Both the position numbers and the translations under genes were made by a program. Positions 9,949 through 18,054 of a stretch of DNA of 64,000 nucleotides are shown here, one piece after another; within the stretch, counting starts at the first letter, position 1, and every line of letters starts with the position of its first letter. Below the pieces are notes generated by a model. It had not been told where the DNA came from. It saw only the letters and a list, made by a program, of their open reading frames with translations, and made no database searches. Source of the DNA: Chloroflexota bacterium (GTDB lineage Bacteria; Chloroflexota; Dehalococcoidia; Lucifugimonadales; Australimonadaceae); the NCBI GenBank assembly GCA_009838965.1, contig VXQP01000044.1, positions 2,882 to 66,881 of the forward strand. Reading direction: 5' to 3'.

Positions 9949-10287
9949 ATGGATCTCAAGAGTACACGGGAAGGCTCGAATCTGATCGTGGACGTGGAAG
10001 GGCGCGTGGACGGGACGAACGCGATGGACTTCCAGACCGCGCTCGAGGGAGCAATCCAACCGAGTGACCAGGGCGTCATCATGGACATGGGTCAGCTGCA
10101 GTACATCAGCAGCGCGGGCCTTCGTGTCATCCTTCTGGTTGCCAAGTCGCTCCAGAAGCAGAATGCCAAACTGCTGGGCTGCTCGCTCTCCGAATCCGTC
10201 AGAGAGATATTCGCCATCAGCGGGTTCGACAAGATCGTGCCGGTGCACGATTCCCGGACAGATGCGCTGAAGGCGCTCGAAGACTAA
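9949..10287 (+). CDS. STAS-domain anti-sigma-factor antagonist (SpoIIAA/RsbV-like)
   Basis: 112 aa. YISSAGLRVIL phosphorylatable-Ser context and a typical STAS length and pattern. Confidence 0.85.
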   Translation: MDLKSTREGSNLIVDVEGRVDGTNAMDFQTALEGAIQPSDQGVIMDMGQLQYISSAGLRVILLVAKSLQKQNAKLLGCSLSESVREIFAISGFDKIVPVHDSRTDALKALED

Positions 10288-10385
10288 CCATCAGGGCCAG
10301 GACCAGCCTGGGGTCGGCAACTGAATCGTCAGCCGGCGCCGGGTGATTATTCAGGCTGCCCGCGAAGAACAGACGCGAGGAGACG

Positions 10386-11564
10386 ATGTCTGAATCAGAA
10401 GGAGACTCGTACAGGATACTGGTGGTTGACGACGAGCCTGACGTAGAGCCGTTGATGTTACAGCGGATGCGGCGCCACATACGGTCCGGGCGCTACTCAT
10501 TCGTCTTCGCCCAGAACGGGATCGAGGCGCTCGACGTGCTCAACAACGATCCGGAGATCGATATGGTGGTCTCGGACATCAACATGCCCAAGATGGATGG
10601 GCTGACGCTGCTGTCCCAGATATCGGAGTTGAACCCTGATCTCCGTGCGGTCATCGTCTCTGCCTACGGAGATATGAAGAACATCCGCACCGCGATGAAC
10701 CGCGGTGCGTTCGACTTCGTTACCAAGCCGCTCGATTTCGATGACCTGCAAGTGACGATAGAACGCACGCTGGAGAACATGAAGGCGTGGAAGGAGGCGC
10801 TCTCCTCCCGTGACAAGCTGGTATCGCTGCAGCGTGAGTTGGACGTTGCAAGCCAGATGCAGCAGTCGATCCTCCCGACACAGTTCCCGCAAGGGGACGA
10901 TTTCGAGGTATTCGGGAGCATGGAACCGGCGCGCAACGTTGGCGGGGACTTCTTCGACGTTGTCCAACTGGATGACGGAGAGATCGGCCTGGCAATCGCG
11001 GACGTGTCGGGCAAGGGCGTACCGGCGGCGCTGTTCATGATGTCCAGCCGTACCCTGCTGAAGGGCTCTGCCATCGGCCTGACAGATCCCGGGAAGGTGC
11101 TCCGGGAGGTAAATAACCTGCTCGCTGAGGACAACGAGTCCGCTATGTTCGTCACGGTGCTGTACGCGGTGTACAACCCCGCGACCGGACACCTCTCCTA
11201 CGCCAACGGGGGCCACAACCTGCCTGTGATCTTCCACGGTGACGGGAGTTCCACTGTGCTCCCTTACACGGACGGGCTCGCATTGGCCGTCCTGTCCGGC
11301 GTCGAGTTTGTGGAAGGTGAACTCACCTTGGCACCGGGCGATACGCTGGTCCTGTACACGGACGGCGTGACAGAGGCTATGGACGCCGTGAATGAAGAGT
11401 TCGGGATGGAGCGCCTGCGGGCGGTGTTCGCGGGAGGCGGGCCACAGGACGCGGAGGGTGCGAACGAGGCAGTGTTCGCGGCTGTTCGAGAGTTCGTAAG
11501 TGGAGCGCCACAGTCGGACGACATCACATGTCTGACGCTGAGGCGTGGGAGATCGCAGGCATGA
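10386..11564 (+). CDS. Response regulator receiver fused to PP2C/SpoIIE phosphatase (RsbU/RsbY-like)
   Basis: 392 aa. REC domain (ILVVDDEPD ... VVSDINMPKMDG ... KP). C-terminal SpoIIE/PP2C motifs (GGDFFDV, IADVSGKGVPAALFM, LYTDGVTEA). Confidence 0.88.
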   Translation: MSESEGDSYRILVVDDEPDVEPLMLQRMRRHIRSGRYSFVFAQNGIEALDVLNNDPEIDMVVSDINMPKMDGLTLLSQISELNPDLRAVIVSAYGDMKNIRTAMNRGAFDFVTKPLDFDDLQVTIERTLENMKAWKEALSSRDKLVSLQRELDVASQMQQSILPTQFPQGDDFEVFGSMEPARNVGGDFFDVVQLDDGEIGLAIADVSGKGVPAALFMMSSRTLLKGSAIGLTDPGKVLREVNNLLAEDNESAMFVTVLYAVYNPATGHLSYANGGHNLPVIFHGDGSSTVLPYTDGLALAVLSGVEFVEGELTLAPGDTLVLYTDGVTEAMDAVNEEFGMERLRAVFAGGGPQDAEGANEAVFAAVREFVSGAPQSDDITCLTLRRGRSQA

Positions 11565-11980
11565 GCAACGGGTTGACCCTGACACTCGAGACTCGTCCCG
11601 AAGAGTTGGAACGGCTGACCGCCGCGGTCGAGACGTTAGCGGAGCAGGACAACTGGCCCGCCGCGCTGACGTTCAGGGTGAACCTCGTCCTGGAAGAGCT
11701 GGTGCTCAACGTAATCAACTACGCCTATGACGAGGACGGGCACCATCTGGACGTTGAGCTTACGTGCAACGAGGAAGACCTGGTCATTGAGATCACGGAC
11801 GAAGGGAGGCCTTTCGATCCGTTGCACGATGCCCCTGAACCGGACATGGAATCGCCGATGGAGGAACGCCGCATAGGGGGATTGGGCGTTTACCTGGTCC
11901 GGACGATGACCTCCGACATGCAATACCGGCGGGAGGACGGCAAGAACCGGATGACCGTTGCCATGTCGAGGGATGGATGA
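11561..11980 (+). CDS. Anti-sigma regulatory factor Ser/Thr kinase (RsbW/SpoIIAB-like, HATPase_c_2)
   Basis: LVLEELVLNVINYAY ... ITDEGRPFDP ... GGLGVYLV are GHKL-ATPase motifs of RsbW-type kinases. Start set at ATG 11561, which forms an ATGA overlap with the upstream stop. The alternative ATG 11528 is in the track. Confidence 0.75.
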   Translation: MSNGLTLTLETRPEELERLTAAVETLAEQDNWPAALTFRVNLVLEELVLNVINYAYDEDGHHLDVELTCNEEDLVIEITDEGRPFDPLHDAPEPDMESPMEERRIGGLGVYLVRTMTSDMQYRREDGKNRMTVAMSRDG

Positions 11981-13278
11981 AACGCGTGCCGCGTTCCGGG
12001 CGTACGCCCGGGTACATCGCAGCACTCTTCATCGTCGCGGGGCTGGTTGGCTGTAACGGCGATGCAACAGAGTTGCCTACCCCTACTCCCCATCAGCAGA
12101 GTGCTACCGCGACGCCGTCGCCGACCCCGGTAGACGCAGGAACGTCCGGCGTGACCGACGATCAGGTGCTGTTCGGGCAGTCCGCTGCATTCAGCGGCCC
12201 GGCTGAGGAACTCGGCACCAACATGCGGCTGGGCATCCGGGCGGCGTTCCATGAAGCGAACCAAGCGGGGGGCGTACACGGGCGCTCACTGGAGTTGATC
12301 TCGCTGGATGACTCCTACGAACCAGAGAAAGCGGTTACGAACACGCTTCAGCTGATAGAGGATGAGCGTGTGTTCATGCTGATGGGCGCAGTGGGGACGC
12401 CTACGTCACGCTCCGCTACCCCGGTGTCCGTATCGGCGGGTGTACCCTATCTCGCACCGTTCACGGGAGCGGAGTTCCTGCGGACCCTTGGGCCGGAGAA
12501 CGTGATCAACGTTCGCGCCTCGTACAACCAGGAGACGGAGGAGATGGTCGAGCGTCTGACCGAGGACCTGGGCATCACGCGGATAGCGGTGATGTACCAG
12601 GACGACTCCTTCGGCCGCGCGGGCTACCAGGGGGCGGTAGAAGCGCTCCGGCGCAGAAACATGTCTCCGGTGGGCATCGGGCTGTATACGCGCAACACAA
12701 CGGCGGTGAAGACCGCGTTGCTGGATATAGAGCGTTCGCTCCCCGAGGCGGTGATCATGGTGGGGGCCTATGAACCGGTGGCAACCTTCATCAGATGGGC
12801 GCGGCATATCGGGATGGACGTGCAGTTCATCAACATCTCCTTCGTAGGCAGCAACGCGCTGGCGCGGGAGCTCGGTCCCGATGGCGCCGGAGTGTTCGTA
12901 ACGCAGGTGGTGCCTTTCCCGAACGATCTGTCGCAACCCGTCGTGCGGGCTTACCGGAGCGCGCTCACGTCGTATGATTCGAGTGCGTTGCCGGGCTTCG
13001 TATCACTCGAAGGATACCTGGCAGGGCGTCTTGTGATAGCAGGGCTGGAAGGTTGCGGCCGTGATCTCACCCGCCAGTGTTTCCTGGATAGCCTGACCAC
13101 TCCCGACATGATCGATCTGGATGGGTTCCGCCTGGGTTACGGAGAAGACGACAACCAGGGCTCGGACACGGTGTTCCTGACCGTGCTCGGGCCTGACGGA
13201 CAGTATTATCCGATCCAGGCACTGGGGGACTTCCAGTTGCTGCAGGAAACCTGGGCGTTGCAGGACGTCGAGCCATGA
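11977..13278 (+). CDS. Periplasmic binding protein (type 1, LivK-like) lipoprotein
   Basis: 433 aa. Lipobox LVGC followed by a Pro/Thr linker, then a Leu/Ile/Val-binding-protein-like fold pattern (VLFGQSAAFSGPAEELG...). ATGA overlaps on both sides. Confidence 0.8.
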   Translation: MKRVPRSGRTPGYIAALFIVAGLVGCNGDATELPTPTPHQQSATATPSPTPVDAGTSGVTDDQVLFGQSAAFSGPAEELGTNMRLGIRAAFHEANQAGGVHGRSLELISLDDSYEPEKAVTNTLQLIEDERVFMLMGAVGTPTSRSATPVSVSAGVPYLAPFTGAEFLRTLGPENVINVRASYNQETEEMVERLTEDLGITRIAVMYQDDSFGRAGYQGAVEALRRRNMSPVGIGLYTRNTTAVKTALLDIERSLPEAVIMVGAYEPVATFIRWARHIGMDVQFINISFVGSNALARELGPDGAGVFVTQVVPFPNDLSQPVVRAYRSALTSYDSSALPGFVSLEGYLAGRLVIAGLEGCGRDLTRQCFLDSLTTPDMIDLDGFRLGYGEDDNQGSDTVFLTVLGPDGQYYPIQALGDFQLLQETWALQDVEP

Positions 13279-15581
13279 TTCAACCACTCAGGTTCTTCAG
13301 AGTACCGTCGCGCATCTCCACGCAGTTGCAGTTGGTGATCGCGGGCGCGGTTGCGCTCACGCTGGCTGCCAGTCTCGTGGGCTGGTTCTCGTTCACCCGT
13401 GTGAGCGAGGCGCAGAGCCGTGTGAACGACGCGAGCCTGCCGGAGATCACGACGGCGTTCCACGTGGCGGAGTCCGCCAGCGTGCTGGTGGCGGCGGCCC
13501 CGCGGTTGACGTCCGCCGAGGTGGAAGACTTCGCGGAGGTGGTCGCTGAGATCAACCAGGCGCATGGGGCGTTCGAAGAAGAACTGGCTGCGCTGGAAGC
13601 GCAGGGGAGCGAGGAGGGGCGCCTCGACAGCATCCGTGAACAGGCAGACAGGCTGGTCGCCAATATCGATACGATCAAATCGGAGATGCCGGAGTTCTTC
13701 GCGCTGGAAGCCCGCAGCGATGTTCTCCGGCAGGACCTGACGGCTGTTCAGGACGAACTGGACGGAGTCCTGATCCCGGCGCTGGATGATCAGCTCTTCT
13801 ACCTGATGACGGGCTACACCAGCCTCGACGCGCCCCCCGCCTCGCTTGAGGAGTCTTTCTCCGGTGATCAGATCATCGAATACCGGCGTCTCGCAGAGTT
13901 GCAGGGAGCCCTCAGCATAGCGGCGCAGGTGCTGGCAAGCGCTTTCACCGTCTCCGAGCCGGCGCTGGTAGAGCCGTTGCGGGAGCGGTTCGAGGCGGAG
14001 TTCGCCGCATTCAGAGGCGCAGAGAGCACGTTCCTGGGGCAGGTGAGCGAAGACCTGCTGGCGTCGCTTACTCCCCTGGCTGACCGGCTCTACGACCTCG
14101 GTCTGGGCGAAGAAGAGGGGGGGTTCGCGCTGGTACAGAGCGGGCTGGAGCTTGCTGAGCGGCAGCGCGAGTTGCTCGCCCTGAACCGCACCATCGCGAT
14201 CGAACTCGTGGAAGAAGTGGACAGTCTGGTCAGTGTGGCGAACCAGCATGCGGAGGCGGCGACGCTCTCGTCCGACCAGTCCATCCGCACCGGGCGCCAG
14301 CTCCTCATCGTGATCGGCATCGTGAGTGTGACAGGAGCGTTGCTCATCGACTGGCTCTTCGTGTGGCGGGTACTGCTTCGGCGGCTGGCGTTCCTCTCGA
14401 ACCGGATGCGCCGGATGGCCGGGGGCGAACTGGAGGAGGAAGTGGTCGTGAAGGGCCGAGACGAGGTGGCGGACATGGCCGCGGCGCTGGAAGTGTTCCG
14501 CCGGAACGCGCTGGAGGTACAACGGCTGAACCTGGTTGAACATCTGGCAGAGGAGCTGCGGGAGAAGAACGACGAGTTGGAGTCTGCGCTTTCAGATCTG
14601 GACAAGGCGCAGGACCAGATCGTCATGCGGGAGAAGCTGGCGGCGCTCGGTGAGTTGACCGCCGGAGTTGCCCACGAGATCAGGAACCCGCTGAACTTCG
14701 TCAAGAACTTCTCAGAGGCCTCGGCAGAATTGCTCGTGGAGTTGAAGGAAGCGGTCGATGATACCGGCGATGCGTTGACGGAGGACCAGAAGCAGTACAT
14801 CGAAGAGATATCCGCCGATCTGACCGGCAACCTTCAGCGCATCCAGTCGCACGGCGAACGAGCGAACCGCATCGTCCAGGACATGCTGATGATGGGCAGG
14901 GGCGGGGGCGAAGCGCGTCCGATCGACATCAACGACCTGGTCAACGAACACGCCTCGCTGGCCTACCACAGCGCCCGGGCGCTGGACCCGGACTTCCAGC
15001 TCACCATCCGGCAGGAGTTCGATCCGGATGCGGGCGAGGTGGAAGCTATCCCCGGCGACCTTGGCCGCGTCTTCCTGAACATGGTGAGCAACGCCTGCTA
15101 CGCCGTGGACGAGAAGCGGAAAGCGAAAGAAGCGGAAGGGGAGCAGTTCATGCCCGAGGTGGTGCTCTCTTCGAAACGTACGGATGACTCGGTGGAGGTC
15201 CGCGTCAGGGATAACGGGAGCGGCATCCCCCAGGAGGCGATCGACAAGATATTCAATCCGTTCTTCACCACCAAGCCCACAGACAAGGGAACGGGGCTGG
15301 GGCTTGCGATCTCGAACGACATCGTCCGCCAGCATGGCGGGACGATAGCGGTCACGTCAGAGGCGGGCGAGTTCACCGAAATGCTGGTGACCCTGCCGTT
15401 CAGGTACCCGGTAGTAACTGCTGAACACGAAGACGACGCCAGTGATGAAGATGACGCCGCAGACGATGACCCCGATGACGACGCCGAAGCCGAAGGCGTT
15501 TCCGAGAGCGTCGACGATGAGGAGGATGACGCGGGAGAGAGGTCGGACGGGGAGGCTGAAGACGACGGCAAGGCAGGCTAG
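13275..15581 (+). CDS. Sensor histidine kinase (2 TM, large periplasmic helical domain, HAMP, HisKA, HATPase) with acidic C-terminal tail
   Basis: 768 aa. H-box AHEIRNPLN, N/G boxes (NACYA, DNGSGI, GTGLGL). TM segments near residues 25 and 345. Confidence 0.88.
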   Translation: MIQPLRFFRVPSRISTQLQLVIAGAVALTLAASLVGWFSFTRVSEAQSRVNDASLPEITTAFHVAESASVLVAAAPRLTSAEVEDFAEVVAEINQAHGAFEEELAALEAQGSEEGRLDSIREQADRLVANIDTIKSEMPEFFALEARSDVLRQDLTAVQDELDGVLIPALDDQLFYLMTGYTSLDAPPASLEESFSGDQIIEYRRLAELQGALSIAAQVLASAFTVSEPALVEPLRERFEAEFAAFRGAESTFLGQVSEDLLASLTPLADRLYDLGLGEEEGGFALVQSGLELAERQRELLALNRTIAIELVEEVDSLVSVANQHAEAATLSSDQSIRTGRQLLIVIGIVSVTGALLIDWLFVWRVLLRRLAFLSNRMRRMAGGELEEEVVVKGRDEVADMAAALEVFRRNALEVQRLNLVEHLAEELREKNDELESALSDLDKAQDQIVMREKLAALGELTAGVAHEIRNPLNFVKNFSEASAELLVELKEAVDDTGDALTEDQKQYIEEISADLTGNLQRIQSHGERANRIVQDMLMMGRGGGEARPIDINDLVNEHASLAYHSARALDPDFQLTIRQEFDPDAGEVEAIPGDLGRVFLNMVSNACYAVDEKRKAKEAEGEQFMPEVVLSSKRTDDSVEVRVRDNGSGIPQEAIDKIFNPFFTTKPTDKGTGLGLAISNDIVRQHGGTIAVTSEAGEFTEMLVTLPFRYPVVTAEHEDDASDEDDAADDDPDDDAEAEGVSESVDDEEDDAGERSDGEAEDDGKAG

Positions 15582-15599
15582 CGAACCGGAGCGGGGAGC

Positions 15600-17033
15600 A
15601 TGAACTTCGACTCCTATAACCTCGACGCTGCCATCTACGACGAGATGCTGCTGGCGGACGGATCGCCGCGGGAGCACTCCCAGCGGCTGTACGAGACGTT
15701 GTTGAGCCTCTCCCCCGAACGCCTGGGCAGCGTACAGGAAGGAGTGGCTCGCTCTTTCCTGCACGAGGGGATCTTCTTCACGGTCTATGGAGATGAGGAG
15801 GCCCAGGAACGGATCATCCCCGTTGACTGCGTGCCGCGAGTGCTTTCCGCATCGGAATGGACGTTGCTCGATTCAGGACTCGCCCAGCGCCTGCGCGCGC
15901 TCAACCGTTTCATCGATGACGTCTATAACGGTGCGCACGCCATCGCTGACGGGGTGATCCCCGAAGACCTGGTCATCGGATGCCCGAACTACCGCCCGGA
16001 GATGCTGGGCTACTCCCCTCCGGAAGGGGTCTGGGTGGGTATCTGCGGGTCGGACCTCCTTCGGACGCACGACGGCTTCTTCGTGCTCGAGGACAACCTT
16101 CGGTCGCCTTCCGGCGTGTCGTACATGATCGCGACCCGCAATGCGGTGAAGGCAGGACTGCGGCGCCTGTACCGCGCATCGCGTGTCCGGGAGGTCGAGC
16201 ACTATGGGGACCTTCTGCAGCAGACGCTGCGGGAGCTGGGGCCGGGAGGCAAGCCCGACCCCACCATCGTGCTGCTGTCGCCGGGGGTGTACAACGCGGC
16301 CTTCTACGAGCACATGTTCCTCGCACATGAGATCGGTGCGGAACTGGTGGAAGGGCGCGATCTGCTGACGCGTGACGGTTTCGTGTACATGCGCACGACC
16401 GCAGGGCTTCGTCGCGTGGACGTCATCTACCGCCGCGTGGACGATCTGTTCCTGGACCCGTTCGCCTTCCGTCCGGACTCGATGCTGGGCGTGCCGGGCC
16501 TGCTGGACGCGTGCAAACGCGGCAACGTCACGCTGGTCAACGCTCCGGGGGTCGGCGTTGCCGACGACAAGAGCGTCTACCCCTACGTGCCGGACATGGT
16601 CCGCTATTACCTCGGCGAGGAGCCGATACTCGGCAACGTGGAGACGTATCTGTGCCGTCGCCCCGCTGATCTGGAGTACACGCTGGACAACCTGGACGAA
16701 CTGGTGGTGAAACGGGTGGGCGAGTCCGGAGGGTATGGAATGCTCGTGGGACCGCACGCCACACCACAGGAGCGTGAAGAGTACGCGGAGCAGGTGCGGG
16801 CGAACCCGGCGGATTTCATCGCGCAGCCGGTGCTGACGTTCTCCCGTGCGCCCTGCCTCGTGGATGGCGGGCTGGAGCCGCGCCACGTTGACCTGCGGCC
16901 CTTCATCCTCCAGGGTCGAGAGACGCGGATCGTGCCCGGAGCCTTCTGCCGCGTGGCGCTGCGCCGCGGGAGCCTGGTGGTGAACTCCAGCCAGGGTGGG
17001 GGCGGCAAGGACGTCTGGGTACTGGAAGAGTGA
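15600..17033 (+). CDS. Circularly permuted type-2 ATP-grasp protein (DUF404/DUF407 family)
   Basis: 477 aa. Family-typical YDEM...GxxREHSQRLY...GIFFTVYG...IIPVDCVPRVLSASEW...AQRLRALNRFIDDVY pattern. Confidence 0.85.
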   Translation: MNFDSYNLDAAIYDEMLLADGSPREHSQRLYETLLSLSPERLGSVQEGVARSFLHEGIFFTVYGDEEAQERIIPVDCVPRVLSASEWTLLDSGLAQRLRALNRFIDDVYNGAHAIADGVIPEDLVIGCPNYRPEMLGYSPPEGVWVGICGSDLLRTHDGFFVLEDNLRSPSGVSYMIATRNAVKAGLRRLYRASRVREVEHYGDLLQQTLRELGPGGKPDPTIVLLSPGVYNAAFYEHMFLAHEIGAELVEGRDLLTRDGFVYMRTTAGLRRVDVIYRRVDDLFLDPFAFRPDSMLGVPGLLDACKRGNVTLVNAPGVGVADDKSVYPYVPDMVRYYLGEEPILGNVETYLCRRPADLEYTLDNLDELVVKRVGESGGYGMLVGPHATPQEREEYAEQVRANPADFIAQPVLTFSRAPCLVDGGLEPRHVDLRPFILQGRETRIVPGAFCRVALRRGSLVVNSSQGGGGKDVWVLEE

Positions 17034-17038
17034 GGCAG

Positions 17039-18004
17039 ATGCTCTCTCGAAGCGCTCAAGGGATCTATTGGATGGGCCGCTATCTCGAGCGGACCGAGTG
17101 CATGTGCCGCCTGCTGCAACTCCAGACGGAAGCACTGGTAGACCGTCCGGCGCGCGACATATACGTCGGATGGCGCAGGCTCTACGGCGTGCTGCGCCGG
17201 ATACCGCCGGGAGGCGCGCTGGCTCTCCCGGAGGGCGACGACTTCACGCTCGCGGACTCGTACACGCTCGCCGGGGACCTGACCTTCGAGCGTTCGAACC
17301 CGGACTCGGTGTGGAACTGCTTCGCTCAGGGCAGAGAGAACGCACGGCAGATGCGCCATTGCATCAGCGCGGAGATGTGGCAGCGTCTCAACCTCGCCTA
17401 CCTGCGCCTTCGCGACATGGAGATAGAGGATATATGGGGAGCGCTGCCGGAAGGTTTCTACGCAGGGTTGGCGGCCGAGACCGACGCGTTCGACGGCGCT
17501 GCCCAAGCGACCATGTACCGTGACGAAGGCTGGAGTTTCCTCCGCCTGGGCGGGTTCATCGAGCGGGCGCAGTTCGCGCCTGCCCTGCTCCTGCAGCAAC
17601 TGGCCATAGATGCGGAGAGCGACGGCTATGCGGAGGAAGACTGGGCGAGCCTGCTGGAGGCCTCTCATGCACTGGAGGTGTACAACCGGCGCTATGGGGC
17701 TGCGGTGCACCCGGCCGCTGCGCTCGATCTGCTGGCGACGGATCCTCTGTTGCCCGGTTCGGTCTACAGGTCGCTCAAACAGATCTCAGGAGAGTTTGCA
17801 ACGCTCGGAGCGGGCCCCGGAGCGGACTCCGGGTATGCGGCCCAGCGACTCATAGGACGGCTGCTCTCACTCATGCAGAACGAGTGGCCGGACAACAGGG
17901 ACCACGAGGGTCTGCTCCGCCGGGTCCTGAGTGAGGCAACGAACCTGCACTTCATGATCAACGAGGCCTACTTCGACTACCCGCTCACCGTTCGTGCCGA
18001 GTAG
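17039..18004 (+). CDS. Alpha-E domain protein (DUF403)
   Basis: MLSRSAQGIYWMGRYLERTE is the canonical alpha-E N-terminus. The track ORF starts at GTG 17030, overlapping the ATP-grasp stop. Confidence 0.85.
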   Translation: MLSRSAQGIYWMGRYLERTECMCRLLQLQTEALVDRPARDIYVGWRRLYGVLRRIPPGGALALPEGDDFTLADSYTLAGDLTFERSNPDSVWNCFAQGRENARQMRHCISAEMWQRLNLAYLRLRDMEIEDIWGALPEGFYAGLAAETDAFDGAAQATMYRDEGWSFLRLGGFIERAQFAPALLLQQLAIDAESDGYAEEDWASLLEASHALEVYNRRYGAAVHPAAALDLLATDPLLPGSVYRSLKQISGEFATLGAGPGADSGYAAQRLIGRLLSLMQNEWPDNRDHEGLLRRVLSEATNLHFMINEAYFDYPLTVRAE

Positions 18005-18054
18005 CGTGTGCGGAGATCAAGCCTGTCTCCGAGAATCCCTCGAGGAGCCCAACG

